Source of the DNA: Spirochaetia bacterium
GTDB taxonomy: Bacteria; Spirochaetota; Spirochaetia; SZUA-6; Bin103
Assembly: GCA_965203515.1 (NCBI GenBank)
Contig: OZ241907.1
Coordinates: 3,424,001 to 3,488,000 of the forward strand
Direction: 5' to 3'
Length of the DNA stretch: 64,000 bases
In this document: in pieces, positions 51,658 through 61,269 of the stretch
Layout of the letters: each line of letters starts with the position of its first letter
How positions within the stretch are numbered: position 1 is the stretch's first letter
Notes under the pieces: generated by a model
The model's input: only the letters and a program-made list of their open reading frames with translations
What the model was told of the DNA's origin: nothing
Database searches by the model: none
Translations under genes and position numbers: made by a program

Positions 51658-52722
51658 ATGAGTCAGAAACCTTGCTACCGGATCGCCGTCTACCCCGGCG
51701 ACGGCATCGGCCGGGAAGTGACGCCGCTCGCCTTCGACGTGCTGCGCGCGGCCATCGGCGACCGCATCGATCTCGACTGCACCGAGTTCCCGTGGGGACT
51801 GAGCCACTGGCTGGAGCACGGCACGCCGACCCCGCCCGACTACATCGAGCGGCTCCGTCCCTTCGACGCCATCTTCCTGGGAGCGGTGGGCGCGCCGGAC
51901 CGGATGCCGGACCCGATTTCGCTGGAGCCGCCGGTGCGCATCCGCCAGTCGTTCGACCAGTACGCCTGCCTGCGGCCGGCGCTGCTGCTGGACGGGGTGC
52001 GCAGCCCGCTGGCCGGCATGGAGCCGCGGGCGATCGACCTGCTGGTGGTGCGCGAGAACTCCGAGGGAGAATACGTCGACCAGGGCGGGCGCTTCCGCCG
52101 CGGCGAGCCGGACGAGGTCGCCGTGCAGTCGGCGATTCACACCCGCGCCGGCGTGACCCGCATCCTGCGCTTCGCGCTGGAGCAGGCGCGCGCCCGCCGG
52201 CAGCACCTCACCATGGTGACCAAGTCCAACGCCCAGAAGTACAGCTTTCTGCTCTGGGAGGAGGTGCTCGACGAGCTCGTCCCCGAGTACCGGGACGTGC
52301 GCACCGACCGGCTGTACGTCGACGCCGCGGCCATGGACCTGGTGCGCCGGCCGCGCGACTTCGACGTGATCGTCTCGTCCAACCTGTTCGGCGACATCCT
52401 GTCGGACCTGGCGGCGATGGTGGTCGGCGGCCTGGGCATGGCGCCGAGCGCCAACATCCGGCCCGACCGGGGCGCGCCGTCGATGTTCGAGCCCGTGCAC
52501 GGTTCGGCGCCGGACATCGCCGGCAAGGGGATCGCCAACCCCACGGCCGCCATCCTGAGCGCGGCGATGATGATCGAGTGGCTCGGTCACGCCGAGCCGG
52601 CGGAGCGGATGCGCGCAGCCTGCGAGCGGGTGCTGGCCGGCGGCGCCGGCACGCCGGACATCGGCGGGACCCTGAGCAGCGCTCAGTTTGCCGGCCGGGT
52701 GGCGGAACGGGTCGGCGACTGA
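51658..52722 (+). CDS. tartrate/isopropylmalate/isocitrate dehydrogenase family protein
   Basis: PGDGIGREV, RENSEGEY, TKSNA, NLFGDILSDL, FEPVHGSAPDIAGKGIANP. Confidence 0.9.
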   Translation: MSQKPCYRIAVYPGDGIGREVTPLAFDVLRAAIGDRIDLDCTEFPWGLSHWLEHGTPTPPDYIERLRPFDAIFLGAVGAPDRMPDPISLEPPVRIRQSFDQYACLRPALLLDGVRSPLAGMEPRAIDLLVVRENSEGEYVDQGGRFRRGEPDEVAVQSAIHTRAGVTRILRFALEQARARRQHLTMVTKSNAQKYSFLLWEEVLDELVPEYRDVRTDRLYVDAAAMDLVRRPRDFDVIVSSNLFGDILSDLAAMVVGGLGMAPSANIRPDRGAPSMFEPVHGSAPDIAGKGIANPTAAILSAAMMIEWLGHAEPAERMRAACERVLAGGAGTPDIGGTLSSAQFAGRVAERVGD

Positions 52723-52742
52723 GCGTTCCGCAGCGGCCCGCC

Positions 52743-53324
52743 ATGGACCGAGTGGAGCGCCTGCGCGCCGAGCTGACCGAGGCGCGCCGGCTGGCGCGGA
52801 CCGACCCGCTGACGCGGGCGTGGAACCGGCGCGCGATCGTCGAGCTGCTGCGCCGCGAGCTGGAACGCACCCGGCGGGAGGGCGGCCGCGTGGGGGTGCT
52901 GTTCATCGACCTGGACCGCTTCAAGCGGATCAACGACACCTGCGGGCACGCCGCCGGCGACGCCGTGCTGCGCGAGGCGGCGGAACGCATACGCGCGGTG
53001 GTGCGCCCCGACGATCCGGTCGGCCGCTACGGCGGCGACGAGTTCGTGGTGATCGTCGCGGGAGCGGGAGTCGAGCGCGGCGCGGTACGGGCGGCCGCGG
53101 CGATCGCCGCCGGCCTGCGCCGCCGGCCGGTCGCCAAGTCCGTCGGTGAGGGTGAGGTGCGGGTGACCGCCAGCATCGGCGTGGCCGTCGCGCCCCCCGG
53201 CGCGCGCGACCCGGAACGCCTGATCGCCGCAGCCGACCGCGCCATGTACGCAGCCAAACACGCAGGCGGCGACGCCGTGGAGCGAGCCGGTTCCGCACGC
53301 CTTCGGCCAGCAGGTCGGCGATGA
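52743..53324 (+). CDS. stand-alone GGDEF diguanylate cyclase
   Basis: TDPLT, DLDRFKRIND..GH, RPDD I-site followed by GRYGGDEF. Confidence 0.92.
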   Translation: MDRVERLRAELTEARRLARTDPLTRAWNRRAIVELLRRELERTRREGGRVGVLFIDLDRFKRINDTCGHAAGDAVLREAAERIRAVVRPDDPVGRYGGDEFVVIVAGAGVERGAVRAAAAIAAGLRRRPVAKSVGEGEVRVTASIGVAVAPPGARDPERLIAAADRAMYAAKHAGGDAVERAGSARLRPAGRR

Positions 53325-53485
53325 TCGGCAGTTGGGCGGTGGTCTTTCCCGACCTGGCACGGGCCGCGCACCGCCACGATCGCGTTCAGGCGACCGCCTT
53401 CCAGACGACGCCGGCGGCCACGACGCCGGCGAACGCGATGCCGAGATAGCGCGTTCGGAGTATGATGGGCGGCGGCGGATCACGG

Positions 53486-54316
53486 ATGGCTTACGCGGCA
53501 GGCACGGCAGGCACGGCACTCGCTCCGGTTGCTCCGGTCGAGATCGATTACCCCAGTTCGGACGGTGAGCCTTTGGCGGAAAGCTATTTTCAACTCATTC
53601 CTCTGGTCTACGCCTTCGACGCGCTGCGGCGCCGCTATGCCGACCGCGAAGACGTGTTCGTGGCGGCCGATCTGCTGATCTACTACCGGAGGGGGACCAG
53701 GGAGTCGGTAGCGCCCGATGTGTTCGTGGTACTCGGGGCGGAGAATCGGCCGCGCCACTCGTACCTGTTGTGGCAGGAGCCGAAGGGGCCGGACTTCGTG
53801 CTGGAGATCACCTCGGCGAGCACCCGGGAAAAGGATCAGGGACCGAAGCGAGCGACGTACCGGCGGTTGGGAGTGCGGGAGTATTGGCAGTACGACCCGA
53901 CGGGGGACTATCTGGCGCCGCCGTTGCAGGGGTTGGAGTTGATCGGGGGCAGGTACGAGCGGCTGCCGGCGGAGAAGTTGGCGGACGGGACGCTGCGGCT
54001 GGAGAGCAAGGTGCTGGGGCTGGAAGTGCGGCAGGAGGCGGAGGGGCTGCGGTTGTACGATCCGGTGACGCGGAGCTACCTGCTGTCGTCGGACGAAGAA
54101 CAACAAGGGCGGCTGCGGGCGGAGCAGCGGTGGCAGCTGGAAGCCGCCGCCCGCCGCCAAGCGGAAGCCGCCCAGAGCCAGGCGGAAGCCCGATTCCATG
54201 ACGAGGCCGCCGCCCGCCGCCAGGCGGAAGCCGCTCAGCGCCAGGCAGAAGCGCGCATCGCCGCGCTTGAGGCGCTGCTCCGCGAGCGGGGCGAGAACGA
54301 CACGCCAAGCAGATAA
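53486..54316 (+). CDS. Uma2 family endonuclease with C-terminal coiled coil
   Basis: YPSSDGEPLAE, APDVFVV, VLEITS.ST, LGVREYWQYDP. Confidence 0.9.
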   Translation: MAYAAGTAGTALAPVAPVEIDYPSSDGEPLAESYFQLIPLVYAFDALRRRYADREDVFVAADLLIYYRRGTRESVAPDVFVVLGAENRPRHSYLLWQEPKGPDFVLEITSASTREKDQGPKRATYRRLGVREYWQYDPTGDYLAPPLQGLELIGGRYERLPAEKLADGTLRLESKVLGLEVRQEAEGLRLYDPVTRSYLLSSDEEQQGRLRAEQRWQLEAAARRQAEAAQSQAEARFHDEAAARRQAEAAQRQAEARIAALEALLRERGENDTPSR

Positions 54317-54429
54317 CGCCCGGCGCCCGCCGGGTGGTCCCGGCTGGCAGTCGCTAACACACTTTTGGAAGTGCGCTTGGCGCTTGCATTGTCTTTCGGC
54401 CGCGCCCCGGTGCGGCTATACTGTGCCGC

Positions 54430-55311
54430 ATGGACTCGCCGTCGTTCCCGGCCGGTCGCTCCGCGCCTGACGCGCACGCCGCCGAGCCCGTCGCAGCACG
54501 GCCGGCGCTGGAAGTGGTCCCGGGTCCCGCCCGATCTCCGGCGCAACGGCCCGCGCGGCCGCTGGCGAGCGCGCCGCCGGAGCCCTCCGCCCCGGCGCCC
54601 GCCTTCGACCTCGAATCCCTGGTGACGGAGGACGATACGCCGGTGGACAACATGCCCTCCGAGAAGCAGCAACGCCTGCTCACCGAGCCGTTGTACGGCC
54701 CCGGCGCCGGGCGCCCGTTTCTGGCCGCCGCCAACGTTGGCGTGTTCCCCGAACCGCGCAATCCGGCGATCGTGCCGGACATGTTCCTGAGTCTGGACGT
54801 GCAGGTGAACCCGGACTGGTGGGACACGAGGCACCGCTCCTATTTCGTGTGGGAGTTCGGCAAGGTGCCGGACCTGGTGGTGGAAGTCGTGTCGAACCAG
54901 AAGGGGAACGAGGTCGGCGGGAAGCGGCTGCGCTACGCGCGGATGGGGGTCGGCTACTACGTGATTCAGGATCTGTTTCATCGGGTGATGCGCGATGACC
55001 TGCGCGTCTACCGGTTGAGCGGCCGCAGATACGTGCGTCAGGGGCGGCCCTGGTTCCCGGAGCTGGGGCTGGGGATGACGCTGTGGGAGGGGTTGTTCGA
55101 GGGCGTGCGCAGCCGGTGGCTGCGCTGGACGGACGCGCATGGCGAGTTGATTCCGACGGGCAAGGAAGCGGCCGAGCGGGAACGCGGGCGCGCGGAGCAG
55201 GAACGGCGGCGTGCCGAGCAGGAGCACGGGCGCGCGGAGCAGGAGCGGCAGCGCGCTGACCGGCTGGCGGCGGTGCTGCGCCGGGCCGGCATCGACCCGG
55301 AGCAGGCGTGA
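54430..55311 (+). CDS. Uma2 family endonuclease (DUF820-like subtype) with C-terminal coiled coil
   Basis: TEDDTPVDN, VPDMFLS, PDLVVEVVS, WLRW, RAEQE repeats. Confidence 0.88.
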   Translation: MDSPSFPAGRSAPDAHAAEPVAARPALEVVPGPARSPAQRPARPLASAPPEPSAPAPAFDLESLVTEDDTPVDNMPSEKQQRLLTEPLYGPGAGRPFLAAANVGVFPEPRNPAIVPDMFLSLDVQVNPDWWDTRHRSYFVWEFGKVPDLVVEVVSNQKGNEVGGKRLRYARMGVGYYVIQDLFHRVMRDDLRVYRLSGRRYVRQGRPWFPELGLGMTLWEGLFEGVRSRWLRWTDAHGELIPTGKEAAERERGRAEQERRRAEQEHGRAEQERQRADRLAAVLRRAGIDPEQA

Positions 55312-55380
55312 GCGCGCGCCGCCCGGCGTTCGAAAAGCGCGCCGGACGCGCCGCGGGCGCCGTTGCGGTGGACCGCGTCG

Positions 55381-56346
55381 TCAGGTCCCGCCGCCGCCCG
55401 CCGCGGCTGCGCCGTTGGGTCGGCTCCTGAGCTGCCGGTACTCCTGCTCGCCGATCCCGGTCGCCCGCTCGATCACCGACCAGTCGACGCCGGTCCGCAG
55501 GAAGCCGTCGATCGTCTCCAACCGCCCCTCGCGCCGGCCTTCGCTCCGGCCCTCCTCGCGCCCTTCCCGGCGCAGCCGCTCGCCGCTCGTCATCATCTCG
55601 CCTCCTGCCGCCGTGCGGCTCAGTAGCTCGCCCATCTCCTCGGGCGTGTCCTCAGGTCCCGTCTCCAGCATATACCGCACGAACATCTTCATGTCGTCCT
55701 GCCCGACGCTCCCTTCCCGCTCCAGGTCGCCCAGCAGCGGCCGCATCCGCTGCCGCGCCTCCCGGACCTCGCGGTCGAAGGCATGCATCATCGTCAGTTG
55801 CAGCAAGCGCGCCCGGACGCTGCCGGCCGCCTGCGCCGGCGACACCTGGGTCTGGTCGAACAGCAGGTGCTCGAACCGGGGCAGCCACGGCCAGTCCCGC
55901 GTTGCAGCCGGGAACAGGTCGGCGAACTGCGGGGAGTGCTGCCAGCCGGTGGGACCCTGGTAGAAGACCAGCGGCAGGATCGGGCGCAGGTAGCGTGCGT
56001 CCTTGTGGACCTGTCGGTCGCGCTCCCAGATGCGGCAGCAGTAGCCGAGCAGGCGCAGGCGCAGCCAGTAGTCCGGGGTGGACTGATGCTCGAACAGCAG
56101 GTAGAGCCAGAGCGGAGCCTGCGCGGTGCCGGGTTCGGCGTAGCGGATCTCGAACAGCAGGTCGGAAGCGGCGCCGCGCAGGTCCGGGGTGACGAAGGAG
56201 GCGGGGCGCCGCTTGAGCGTGGGCCAGTGCAGGGAGCGGCTGAGCCGCCGGGGCAGCCGGGCTTGCAGGAATGACGCGGCTTCCGCCGGGGCGCCGAACA
56301 CCCGCTTGAACAGATGGTCGTGAGGCTGGTGGATCGCCATGCCCAT
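55381..56346 (-). CDS. Rpn/YhgA-like recombination-promoting nuclease
   Basis: HQPHDHLFK, SDLLF, LFEHQSTPD, LPLVFYQG, EGREEGRSEGR tail. Confidence 0.9.
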   Translation of the reverse strand: MGMAIHQPHDHLFKRVFGAPAEAASFLQARLPRRLSRSLHWPTLKRRPASFVTPDLRGAASDLLFEIRYAEPGTAQAPLWLYLLFEHQSTPDYWLRLRLLGYCCRIWERDRQVHKDARYLRPILPLVFYQGPTGWQHSPQFADLFPAATRDWPWLPRFEHLLFDQTQVSPAQAAGSVRARLLQLTMMHAFDREVREARQRMRPLLGDLEREGSVGQDDMKMFVRYMLETGPEDTPEEMGELLSRTAAGGEMMTSGERLRREGREEGRSEGRREGRLETIDGFLRTGVDWSVIERATGIGEQEYRQLRSRPNGAAAAGGGGT

Positions 56347-56435
56347 TACTACGGGCCGGCCGTCCGTGCCGCTTCACTCGGCGGCGTCCGGCCCGGTACG
56401 CAGGGGTTTCGTCCTGCGTGCCCCGCCCGCGGCTC

Positions 56436-56463
56436 TTGACAGGAATCGCGGGGACGATACTTT
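56436..56463 (+). promoter_or_regulatory. sigma70-type promoter of the lipoprotein pair
   Basis: TTGACA-N16-TACTTT followed by an AT-rich stretch and RBS TAGGAG. Confidence 0.6.
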
Positions 56464-56481
56464 AACTTATTAGGAGAAGTA

Positions 56482-56511
56482 GTGACCCCCCCCCCCCCCC
56501 CCCCCCAATGA
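56482..56511 (+). other. RBS-led upstream micro-[12 protein letters not shown] containing the C21 tract
   Basis: TAGGAGAAGTA GTG ACC (CCC)6 CAA TGA. Confidence 0.5.
56486..56506 (+). repeat. poly-C homopolymer (21 nt)
   Basis: Direct count. Confidence 0.95.
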
Positions 56512-56581
56512 AACGGAAATTCGAGCCGACCGCGGCGGCCTGCGGCCGGCGCGCCCAGAGCGCCCAGGAGGAAGGAATCAC

Positions 56582-58888
56582 GTGGCACGGAAGGATAGAG
56601 GAAGAAGGATGAGCGGCAAGGCCGCGCTGCTGGCGGTGGCGGCGGTCATCGGCATCGCCCTGCTGGCGGCGTGCCAGCAGACGGCCCGGCCGGGCGCGAC
56701 CGGCACCGGCGGCGCGGGCGCCGGCGGCGCGGGGAACGGAGGCGCCGGCGGCAATGGGGGCAATGGCGGGTCGCCGACCACGCCGGCCCCGACTCCGGCG
56801 GCGGCCGAGCAGCGCTGGGACATCGGGGATGATGCCTGGTCATCGGCGCTGCCGCTGCCTGACGCAGCGGACCCGAGCGCCTTGACGATCCGCTCCGAGC
56901 CGTTCGCCTGGGACGGGCTCACCGGCGCCGAGGGCGAGAAGGTGACCGTGTCGATCGGCGGCAACGAGCTGCCGTTCACGAGCACCGCGACCGCGCCGAC
57001 CTTCGCCGACGACATCTCAGGCGCGCAGTGGACGGTTGGCGCCGAAGTGAGCGCGGGCGCGATCGTGCTGGTGCTCACCGCCCCGGATCAGTCGGGCGCC
57101 TCGGACACCGTCGCGTCGGTCAGGATCAACGAGCGGGGCAGCGGCTACACCTCGGCGCCCACCGTGACCCTTTCGGCGCCGCCGGCCGGCGGCACCCCGG
57201 CAACCGCCGACGTAGCGGGCGGCGGCGGCGTCGGTTCGGTGAACGTCACGACCGACGGCGCCGGCTACACCTCGGCGCCCACCATCTCCTTTTCCGGCGG
57301 CGGCGGCAGCGGCGCGGCCGCCACCGCGGACCTCAGCGGCAGCGTCACTTCGGTGACGGTCGATACCGCCGGCAGCGGCTACACCTCGGCGCCCACCGTC
57401 TCCTTCTCGGCGGCGCCGGCCGGCGGCACCGACGCGGCCGGCACCGCGGCGCTCAGCGGCCGCGTCGCTGACGTGACGCTCGATACCCGGGGAGCGGGCT
57501 ACACGTCGGCGCCCACGGTCTCCTTTACGGGCGGCGGCGGCAGCGGCGCGGCCGCCGCCGCGACGACCAGCGGCAGCGTCACTTCGGTGACGATGGGGAC
57601 CGCCGGCAGCAGCTACACCTCGCCCCCCGCCGTGAGCTTTTCGGGCGGCGGCGGCAGCGGCGCGACCGGCGACGCGACCGGGCCCGACCGGGTCGCGTCC
57701 ACGGTGCGGAACGGATTGGCCGCCAACAATGGCTACGGCAGCGGCTACACCTTGAGGCCCACCGTGACCTTCTCGGCGCCGCAACGGGCCGGCGGCACCA
57801 CCGCGACCGGCACCGCATGGGGGCCCGACGCCGTCCGCAGGGTCGTGATGACCGCCTGCGGCAGCCTCTACACGACGCCGCCCACCGTGACCTTCTCGGC
57901 GCCGCCGACCGGCGGCACCACCGCGACCGGCACCACGCTCATCTATGCAGCCGGGTCGGGGCCGACGGGGTGCACCCAGAACGGCGTCCAAAGAATAAAT
58001 ATGGCGAACCGGGGAGCGGGTTACACCTCGGACCCCACGATCACCTTTGGCGGCCCCGGCAGCGGAGCCGCCGCTACCGCGTCAAGGTACCCGAGCGTGC
58101 AACGGGTCGACGTCACCAACGCCGGGAGCGGCTACACCTCGCGCCCCACGATCACCTTTACCGGCGGCGGCAGCGGCGTCACCGCGGCCACCTACGTCGC
58201 GGTGATGGGCGCCACCGTCACCGGGGTGACGGTCACCAGCGGGGGAAGCGGCTACACCTCCGCGCCCACCGTGGGCTTTTCCGGCGGCGGCGGCAGCGGG
58301 GCGACCGCCACCGCGGTAATATCCCAGGCGGTGGACGACGTGCAGGTCTCCAGCGGCGGCAGCGGCTACACCTCCGCGCCCACCGTGGGCTTTACGGCGG
58401 CGCCGAGCGGCGGCACCACCGCGACCGGCACCGCGGTGATGAACTACGGGGTCGCCTCGGTGACGCCCGGGACCGCGGGGAGCGGCTACCCCTCGGCGCC
58501 CACCGTCTCCTTTTCCGGCGGCGGCGGCGGCAGCGGGGCGACCGCCACCGCGGTGATGGCCTACGCCGTCCCGTCGGCGACGGTCACCAACCCCGGCAGC
58601 TACACCTCGGCCCCGACCGTCTCCTTCGCGGCGGCGCCGACCGGCGGCACCAGGGCGGTCGGCACCGCGGTCTTCGAATACGTCATCCGGTCGGTGGAGA
58701 TCACCAACGGCGGGAGCGGCTACGCGACCGCCCCGACCGTGACCTTTACGGCGCCGACGAGCGGCACCACCGCGACCGGCACCGCCATCCTGGCGACGGG
58801 CGGCAACGATCCGAGCCAGAACCTGTTCTGGGCGCGCCAGACCCTGGCCGGCCGGCAGCTTCGGGTGCAGGTAGGAGGAGAAGAGTGA
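56582..58888 (+). CDS. surface lipoprotein 1 with 14 [14 protein letters not shown] repeats
   Basis: Signal peptide and lipobox (ALLAAC), Gly/Pro linker, N-terminal domain, 14 repeats of about 38-50 aa, conserved 25-aa tail. Confidence 0.85.
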   Translation: MARKDRGRRMSGKAALLAVAAVIGIALLAACQQTARPGATGTGGAGAGGAGNGGAGGNGGNGGSPTTPAPTPAAAEQRWDIGDDAWSSALPLPDAADPSALTIRSEPFAWDGLTGAEGEKVTVSIGGNELPFTSTATAPTFADDISGAQWTVGAEVSAGAIVLVLTAPDQSGASDTVASVRINERGSGYTSAPTVTLSAPPAGGTPATADVAGGGGVGSVNVTTDGAGYTSAPTISFSGGGGSGAAATADLSGSVTSVTVDTAGSGYTSAPTVSFSAAPAGGTDAAGTAALSGRVADVTLDTRGAGYTSAPTVSFTGGGGSGAAAAATTSGSVTSVTMGTAGSSYTSPPAVSFSGGGGSGATGDATGPDRVASTVRNGLAANNGYGSGYTLRPTVTFSAPQRAGGTTATGTAWGPDAVRRVVMTACGSLYTTPPTVTFSAPPTGGTTATGTTLIYAAGSGPTGCTQNGVQRINMANRGAGYTSDPTITFGGPGSGAAATASRYPSVQRVDVTNAGSGYTSRPTITFTGGGSGVTAATYVAVMGATVTGVTVTSGGSGYTSAPTVGFSGGGGSGATATAVISQAVDDVQVSSGGSGYTSAPTVGFTAAPSGGTTATGTAVMNYGVASVTPGTAGSGYPSAPTVSFSGGGGGSGATATAVMAYAVPSATVTNPGSYTSAPTVSFAAAPTGGTRAVGTAVFEYVIRSVEITNGGSGYATAPTVTFTAPTSGTTATGTAILATGGNDPSQNLFWARQTLAGRQLRVQVGGEE

Positions 58889-58895
58889 TGCGCTA

Positions 58896-58915
58896 CCCCC
58901 CCCCCCCCCCCCCCC
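58896..58915 (+). repeat. poly-C homopolymer (20 nt)
   Basis: Direct count. Confidence 0.95.
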
Positions 58916-58977
58916 ATAGAACCAGAATTCGCGCCGACGGCAGCTCCGGCCGGCGCCATACGGGAGGAAGGAATCAC

Positions 58978-61260
58978 GTGGCAAGGAAGGTAAGAGGGAT
59001 GAGCGGCAAGAGCGGCAAGGCAGCGCTTCTGGCGCTGGCGGCAGTCATCGGCATCGCCCTGCTGGCGTGCCAGCAGACGGCCCGGCCGGGCGGTACCGGC
59101 GCCGGCGGCGCGGGCGGCGCGGGTGGAAACGGAGCCGGCGGAGGCGCCGGCGGCAATGGCGGGTCGCCGACCGCGCCGGACCCGACTGCGCCGGCGGCCG
59201 AGCAGCGCTGGGACATCGGGGACGATGCCTGGTCATCGGCGCTGCCGCTGCCTGACGCAGCGGACCCGAGCGCCTTGACGATCCGCTCCGCGCCGTTCGC
59301 CTGGGACGGGCTCACCGGCGCCGATGGCGAAACGGTGACCGTGTCGATCGGCGGACACAAGCTGCCGTTCACGAGCACGGCGACCGCGCCGGCCTTCGCC
59401 ACCGACATCAGCGGCGCGGAGTGGAAGGTCGGCTTCGAAGTGAGCGCGGGCGCGATCGTGCTGGTGCTCACCGCCCCGGATCAGTCGGGAGCCCCGGACA
59501 CCGTCGAGTCGGTCACGTTTACCGAGCGGGGCAGCGGCTACCAGGCGGCGCCGAGCGTGACCTTTTCGGCGCCGCCGCCCGGCGGCACCACCGCCACCGG
59601 CGTCATAGCGGGCGTCGGCCTCGTCGATTCGGTGAACGTCACGACCGCCGGCGCTGGCTACACCTCGCCCCCCGGCGTGACCCTCTCGGCGCCGCCGCCC
59701 GGCGGCACCACGGCGACCGCCACCGCGGACGTCAACGGCCGCGTCGCTTCGGTGGACGTGGATACCGCCGGCAGCGGCTACACCTCGGCGCCCACCGTCG
59801 CCTTCACGGCGGCGCCCGCCGGCGGCACCGACGCGGCCGGCACCGCGGCGGTCAGCGGCACGGTCGCTGACGTGACGCTCGATACCCGGGGATCGGGCTA
59901 CACCTCGGCGCCCACCGTCACCATTTCGGGCGGCGGCGGCAGCGGCGCGGCCGCCACCGCGACGATACGAGGGCAGGTCACTTCGGTGACGGTCGGGACC
60001 GCCGGCAGCAGCTACACCTCGCCCCCCACCGTCTCCTTTACGGGCGGCGGCGGCAGCGGGGCGACCGCCACCGCGACCGGGCCCGGCAGCGTCGCTTCCG
60101 TGACGAGGATCGGCAATCAGTACGGGAGCGGCTACACCTCGGTCCCGACCGCGACCTTCTCGGCGCCGCCGTCCGGCGGCACCAGGGCGACCGGCGTCGC
60201 GTGGGGACCCGACTCCGTCCAGGGGACGACGAGAACCGCCTTCGGGAGCGGCTACACGGCCGCCATCACCGCGACCTTCTCGGCGCCGCCGGCCGGCGGC
60301 ACCAGGACGACCGGCAGCGCGCGGAGGTTTGCCGACGGGCGGTTCGACCGCATCGTGTTGGCCTCGGCAACCTGGCAAAACCGGGGGCGCGGCTACACCT
60401 CGCCCCCCACGATCACCATTACCGACAGCGGCGGCGGCAGCGGCGGCGCCGCCACCGCGAGGATGTTCCCCAACATTCGCGGGGTGATCATCACCAACGC
60501 GGGGAGCGGCTACACCTCCGCCCCTACGATCACCTTTACCGGCGGCGGCGGCAGCGGGGCCGGCTACGCGGCGACGTTGCACAGCACCGTCACCGGGGTT
60601 GAGGTCACCAACGGCGGCAGCGGCTACACCTCGGCTCCCACCGTCTCCCTTACCGGCGGCGGCGGCAGCGGCGCGACCGCCACCGCGACCGTGCTCGTCG
60701 AGGCAGACGAGGTGACGGTCACCAACGAGGGCAGCGGCTACACCTCCGCCCCCACCGTGACCTTTTCGGCGCCGTCGACCGGCACCGCGGCGACCGGCAC
60801 CGCGGTGATGAACTACGGGGTCGGCTCGGTGATGGTCGGCACCGCCGGCAGCGGCTACACCTCGGCGCCCACCGTCTCCTTTACCGGCGGCGGCGGCAGC
60901 GGGGCGACCGCCACCCCGGTGATGTCCTACGCCGTCCCGACGGCGACGGTCACCAACCCCGGCAGCGGCTACACCTCGGCCCCGACCGTGACCTTTACGG
61001 CGGCGCCGAGCGGCGCCACCACCGCGGTCGGCACCGCGGTCTTCGAATACCGCATCCGGTCGGTGAGGATCACCAACGCGGGGAGCGGCTACGTGACCGC
61101 CCCGACCGTGACCTTTGCCGCGGCGCCGGCCGGCGGCACCACCGCGACCGCCACCGCCAACCTGGCGGCGGGCGGCAACGATCCGAGCCAGAACCTGTTC
61201 TGGGCGCGCCAGACCCTGGCCGGCCAGCAGCTTCGGGTGCGGATAGGGGGAGACGAGTAG
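58978..61260 (+). CDS. surface lipoprotein 2, paralog of lipoprotein 1 (in-frame upstream ATG at 58888)
   Basis: Lipobox ALLAC, near-identical N-terminal domain and C-terminal tail, 14 repeats. Confidence 0.85.
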   Translation: MARKVRGMSGKSGKAALLALAAVIGIALLACQQTARPGGTGAGGAGGAGGNGAGGGAGGNGGSPTAPDPTAPAAEQRWDIGDDAWSSALPLPDAADPSALTIRSAPFAWDGLTGADGETVTVSIGGHKLPFTSTATAPAFATDISGAEWKVGFEVSAGAIVLVLTAPDQSGAPDTVESVTFTERGSGYQAAPSVTFSAPPPGGTTATGVIAGVGLVDSVNVTTAGAGYTSPPGVTLSAPPPGGTTATATADVNGRVASVDVDTAGSGYTSAPTVAFTAAPAGGTDAAGTAAVSGTVADVTLDTRGSGYTSAPTVTISGGGGSGAAATATIRGQVTSVTVGTAGSSYTSPPTVSFTGGGGSGATATATGPGSVASVTRIGNQYGSGYTSVPTATFSAPPSGGTRATGVAWGPDSVQGTTRTAFGSGYTAAITATFSAPPAGGTRTTGSARRFADGRFDRIVLASATWQNRGRGYTSPPTITITDSGGGSGGAATARMFPNIRGVIITNAGSGYTSAPTITFTGGGGSGAGYAATLHSTVTGVEVTNGGSGYTSAPTVSLTGGGGSGATATATVLVEADEVTVTNEGSGYTSAPTVTFSAPSTGTAATGTAVMNYGVGSVMVGTAGSGYTSAPTVSFTGGGGSGATATPVMSYAVPTATVTNPGSGYTSAPTVTFTAAPSGATTAVGTAVFEYRIRSVRITNAGSGYVTAPTVTFAAAPAGGTTATATANLAAGGNDPSQNLFWARQTLAGQQLRVRIGGDE

Positions 61261-61269
61261 CGCTCCCCT

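Noticed and set aside
53354..53369. sigma54 promoter (TGGCACG)
   Set aside because: The -12 element reads GCGC rather than TTGC; likely chance in GC-rich DNA.
55381..56346. IS element (YhgA-like 'transposase')
   Set aside because: No terminal inverted repeats or target duplication seen; Rpn proteins are not established transposases.
56582..61260. Diversity-generating retroelement or prophage tail genes
   Set aside because: No reverse transcriptase or template repeat in the window, differences are not adenine-specific, no phage genes, and both proteins have lipoprotein signals.
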